From NCBI GenBank assembly GCA_964543855.1, contig CAZJAD010000004.1:1-62843 (forward strand): a stretch of 62,843 nt of DNA, read 5' to 3'. Below, in pieces: positions 61,015-62,843 of the stretch. Position 1 is the stretch's first letter. Every line of letters starts with the position of its first letter. A model generated the notes under the pieces. It made no database searches. It was not told the origin of the DNA and saw only the letters and a list, made by a program, of their open reading frames with translations. Made by a program: the position numbers and the translations under genes. The DNA is from an uncultured Alphaproteobacteria bacterium (GTDB lineage: Bacteria > Electryoneota > RPQS01 > DYHQ01).

Positions 61015-62843
61015 TCAGACCTGCAGCGCGGGCTGTCTTCGCCAGAAGATCCACACAACCACCGGCAAGAGCGCTGCTGCCATCATCAGAATCCCCTGTG
61101 TCACATAGAAACCGGTTCCCTGGTGCAACCAAAGCAAAGCATCCGGAATCGTGCTCATCAGCCACACCGCTCCAAAAAGCGCCATCGGGCTCTCCTGCAG
61201 ATAGTATCTCACCAGAAGCAGGATAAGCAGCAGCATTCCAAGGAGCCGGACATACTCCCCCAAAACCTCTCCAGACCCTTGGCACTCGCCGATTGCCGAA
61301 ATCAAGGGCAGAAGCAGAATGACCAGCGTCCTCAGCGCTTTGTTCCGCACTCGTGGCAGAATCCAGAGCAGGACGAATCCGATGACAGCTGTCAGCAAAA
61401 TCGCCATACCGAGAGCCGAACTCAAGAGGCTGGCGAACGGCCATCTGAACGCCGCGTAGGAAATCCAGTACATCGGCGGCGTCCGTGTTGGCAAACCCAG
61501 TGACAGGGTGAACCACCAGAGGACCTGAGAAAGAGCCGCAAGGCTTAGGACGGCAAGAATCGCTCCAGCAACGCTCTGCTGCCGCAGATCGGCATCCGGC
61601 GCAGGTGCCCAACCTGAGAAGCTGTACGGTCGCCCGGTTCTCTTCTCAAAGAGCCAGCGCATCAGCGGAACAACCATGAAGACAAGAAGGCTGGACATCA
61701 CGACACCTGCGATCACAGCGGCGAGAGTGGAGGTCGTCCAACTCGCGAAAGGCTTTGATGTGTCATAGAGCGTCGCTACCATAATTGGCCAACTGCTCCA
61801 GAGGGAGATGAGCGCCAGCCCACCCCAGAGCAGACTCATCCCTATTCCACTGCGCCACTTCAACTCACCACTTCGGACTCCGCGAAGGAGTGCAAACAGA
61901 GCCAGCAAGGCCAGAGCCGCCCATAGTGCGATCATCAGGAAACGGGCCAAGGTGCCCAGAGCCGTCGCCTCTTCGTCCTGACGCTCCCATTCCTCGGGGA
62001 CATGCAGATACAGCCCGCCACCGGATGCTTGGCTTCCAGCCACCGAGGCATCGACCCTCAGCCGGGCTGAACCGACCGAATCGCGGTCAGTTTGATAGGT
62101 AAAGGCGTGGTCTACGCGCGCATCTCGGGCATTCGTCCCGGCAGAGAGCACATAGAATCCACTGGTGTCAAAGCTCAAGGCCGAGGCGAGAAAAGCCTCA
62201 CCCAGCGCGCGGGCACTGTCCTGAGTCAGCGAATCTCCCGGAGCTTTTTCGTCGAGCGTGTGGACAAACCCAACCACATCGCCTCCCGCGGCGACGATGA
62301 CGCTTCGGGTCTCCTTCTGCAGTGGCTTGAAAAAGCGAACCTCGAATCTCGCCACCGGCAGTCGCTGGCTGCCCACGAATCGCTGGACTCCTTCGAGGCC
62401 CACCGTGTGCATGAGATACCGAACCGTAGGCCCGAACAGATCACCTTGCGGCGCATTCACAGCGCACCTCCAGCCCTCCACCGGGAGATTCTGCTGCGCC
62501 AGAAACGCGCGAGCTTTCAGCTCGGCCTGCGCCGGATCCACTTTCCAACGGATACCGTCTCCCAACTTCTTGAGCGGCACCACCGACAACACCAGGAGTG
62601 CCACGGCCATCAAACCAAGTGAAATCAGCCACTTCGCCTTCGACCAGCGGGGCGCCTGCCAGGTAACCTCGGGCGGAAGCGCCACCGCTTCGGGTACAGC
62701 AAGCACGCGGCGCTGGGCAATCTTTGCCTCGAGCTCGCGGTTCGTCAATGCTTCGTCTGACGCGAAGCTGCCACGGCGAATGACATAAGCCAGAGCAATC
62801 CCCAAAGGCACCAGAAGCACGGCACTTACGATAACGCCCGAGA
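61015..62843 (-). CDS. polytopic membrane protein of unknown function (5' end may lie outside window)
   Basis: The ORF stays open from 62820 to the window edge (..SGVIVSA before the first Met). It has a ~250-aa extracytoplasmic segment between TM helices, then about 8 hydrophobic helices. No diagnostic motif was recognised. Confidence 0.55.
   Translation of the reverse strand, partial: SGVIVSAVLLVPLGIALAYVIRRGSFASDEALTNRELEAKIAQRRVLAVPEAVALPPEVTWQAPRWSKAKWLISLGLMAVALLVLSVVPLKKLGDGIRWKVDPAQAELKARAFLAQQNLPVEGWRCAVNAPQGDLFGPTVRYLMHTVGLEGVQRFVGSQRLPVARFEVRFFKPLQKETRSVIVAAGGDVVGFVHTLDEKAPGDSLTQDSARALGEAFLASALSFDTSGFYVLSAGTNARDARVDHAFTYQTDRDSVGSARLRVDASVAGSQASGGGLYLHVPEEWERQDEEATALGTLARFLMIALWAALALLALFALLRGVRSGELKWRSGIGMSLLWGGLALISLWSSWPIMVATLYDTSKPFASWTTSTLAAVIAGVVMSSLLVFMVVPLMRWLFEKRTGRPYSFSGWAPAPDADLRQQSVAGAILAVLSLAALSQVLWWFTLSLGLPTRTPPMYWISYAAFRWPFASLLSSALGMAILLTAVIGFVLLWILPRVRNKALRTLVILLLPLISAIGECQGSGEVLGEYVRLLGMLLLILLLVRYYLQESPMALFGAVWLMSTIPDALLWLHQGTGFYVTQGILMMAAALLPVVVWIFWRRQPALQV

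Overview
Gene-dense, GC-rich bacterial chromosomal segment. Hand counts on sampled 100-nt stretches gave about 60-66% GC in core genes. Almost all genes after 6.8 kb are on the minus strand. No rRNA, CRISPR array, transposase, integrase or phage genes were recognised. The window has five blocks. (1) 1-8.4 kb holds two tandem glutamine synthetase genes (the first cut by the window edge), a secreted protein with a T9SS-type C-terminal sorting domain, an UMF1-type MFS transporter, a stand-alone receiver, a tetraheme c-type cytochrome and an amidohydrolase. (2) 8.4-20.3 kb is a co-directional housekeeping run: tRNA-Val, thrS, infC, rpmI, rplT, pheS, pheT, zapB-like, zapA, rny, ymdB. It is followed by a tRNA cluster (Leu, Cys, Gly, Ala) that is interrupted by an AT-rich single-gene lipoprotein island. 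(3) 20.6-28 kb is nutrient scavenging: tandem-GNAT protein, NSS transporter plus small subunit, CstA, and an S8 protease with a T9SS sorting domain. (4) 28.3-57.8 kb is one uninterrupted same-strand type IVa pilus supercluster. In transcription order it reads pilB, pilT, pilC, PilS-like kinase, receiver, two sigma-54 activators flanking pilA, a 1.7k-aa Ig-repeat adhesin, an OM beta-barrel, two minor pilins, a PilX_N protein, a TPR protein, a second pilT, a T2SSE_N::DnaA-like AAA+ fusion, a receiver, a PAS kinase, a pilM-pilN fusion, a lipoprotein, pilO, pilP-like and pilQ. Three near-consensus -24/-12 promoters sit in this cluster. (5) 58-62.8 kb holds ychF, a Cys-rich secreted protein, a phosphofructokinase and an edge-truncated polytopic membrane protein. 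The best candidates for undescribed biology are the T2SSE_N::DnaA/Hda-like ATPase, which is translationally coupled to a receiver and a kinase that appears to lack its phospho-acceptor His, and the giant Big_1-type adhesin plus separate beta-barrel embedded in the minor-pilin operon where PilY1 would be expected. The T9SS-type sorting domains suggest an FCB-superphylum-like uncultivated lineage, but this is a weak inference. All calls rest on by-eye motif recognition; no database search was run.
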